Origin: a virus
IMG/VR virus record: IMGVR_UViG_3300037010_002425
Location: 5,203-69,202 of that record
DNA length: 64,000 bases
Strand: one strand, 5' to 3'
Shown here: piece after piece, positions 63,662-64,000 of the stretch
Position numbering within the stretch: position 1 is the stretch's first letter
Layout: each line of letters starts with the position of its first letter
Made by a program: the position numbers and the translations under genes
Notes under the pieces: generated by a model
Seen by the model: only the letters and a program-made list of their open reading frames with translations
The model's database searches: none
What the model was told of the DNA's origin: nothing

Positions 63662-64000
63662 TTTTCCTCGTCGCCTTCGTCAGCCTCGTAGACACGGGTG
63701 CGGCGGCCGGAAACATACCGAGAGTCGCGCGTCAGTCCCGCTCCTGCGAGGGTTTTCATGAAATCGGGGCTATTGCGCAGGTCGCTAACCGGCTGCCCGG
63801 CTTTTGCTTCCTTGTAGCGCTCTGCCCGGCTAGCGGTGGGCTCCGCGGGTGCGCCGGCAATGGGGGTCGAAGCGCTGGCCCTGCGAAACACCTGCACAGG
63901 GCGCGTGCCGCGCGTCGCTGAAAGCTCCTGGATAAGCTCGTCGAGCTTCATGTTTTCGTCCGTAGCGATGACCTTGAGCAGGGCGCGCTCTAGTGTGGCG
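63658..64000 (-). CDS. Hypothetical protein, probably 5'-truncated by the window
   Basis: Frame of 63658..63951 stays open to the window edge. Confidence 0.5.
   Translation of the reverse strand, partial: ATLERALLKVIATDENMKLDELIQELSATRGTRPVQVFRRASASTPIAGAPAEPTASRAERYKEAKAGQPVSDLRNSPDFMKTLAGAGLTRDSRYVSGRRTRVYEADEGDEEK

Noticed and set aside
1-64000. Genome-wide stop codon reassignment
   Set aside because: Core genes are intact in the standard code, and TAG, TGA and TAA all end credible genes (e.g. TAG at 2333 and 10471)
1-64000. Prophage, integrase or transposon
   Set aside because: No integrase, repressor switch, transposase or host flank seen in this window; lifestyle cannot be settled from a partial genome

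Overview
The whole 64 kb window reads as part of the genome of a GC-rich, probably lytic tailed dsDNA phage with a contractile tail. Every credible gene is on the minus strand, mostly in tightly coupled operons (ATGA/TAATG overlaps). In transcription order (right to left): a head module (portal split into two ORFs, scaffold, N4-gp56-like major capsid, neck), a T4/eCIS-like tail and baseplate (sheath, tube, frameshifted chaperone, tape measure, hub, spike, gp25, baseplate J, wedge-esterase fusion, DUF6519 spike/fibre, repeat fibre), an SF2 helicase, a lipoprotein / papain-like peptidase / lipoprotein cassette, a palindromic origin-like spacer, a replication and recombination module (DnaB, primase, SSB, PolA, RecA, Cas4-like nuclease, two resolvase-like nucleases, SpoVS), a 7-deazaguanine module (queD, queE, folE and a TGT/DpdA-like gene, with no queC in the window), and small unknown genes behind a repeated promoter-like element. 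The most unusual signals are short peptide tags shared by unrelated proteins: an N-terminal (N/R)IL(T/R)TH leader on scaffold, capsid and tail tube; KLKLK motifs on RecA and three unknown proteins; and PGK-repeat tails on helicase, SSB and a basic protein. All family calls come from motif recognition by eye; no database search was run.
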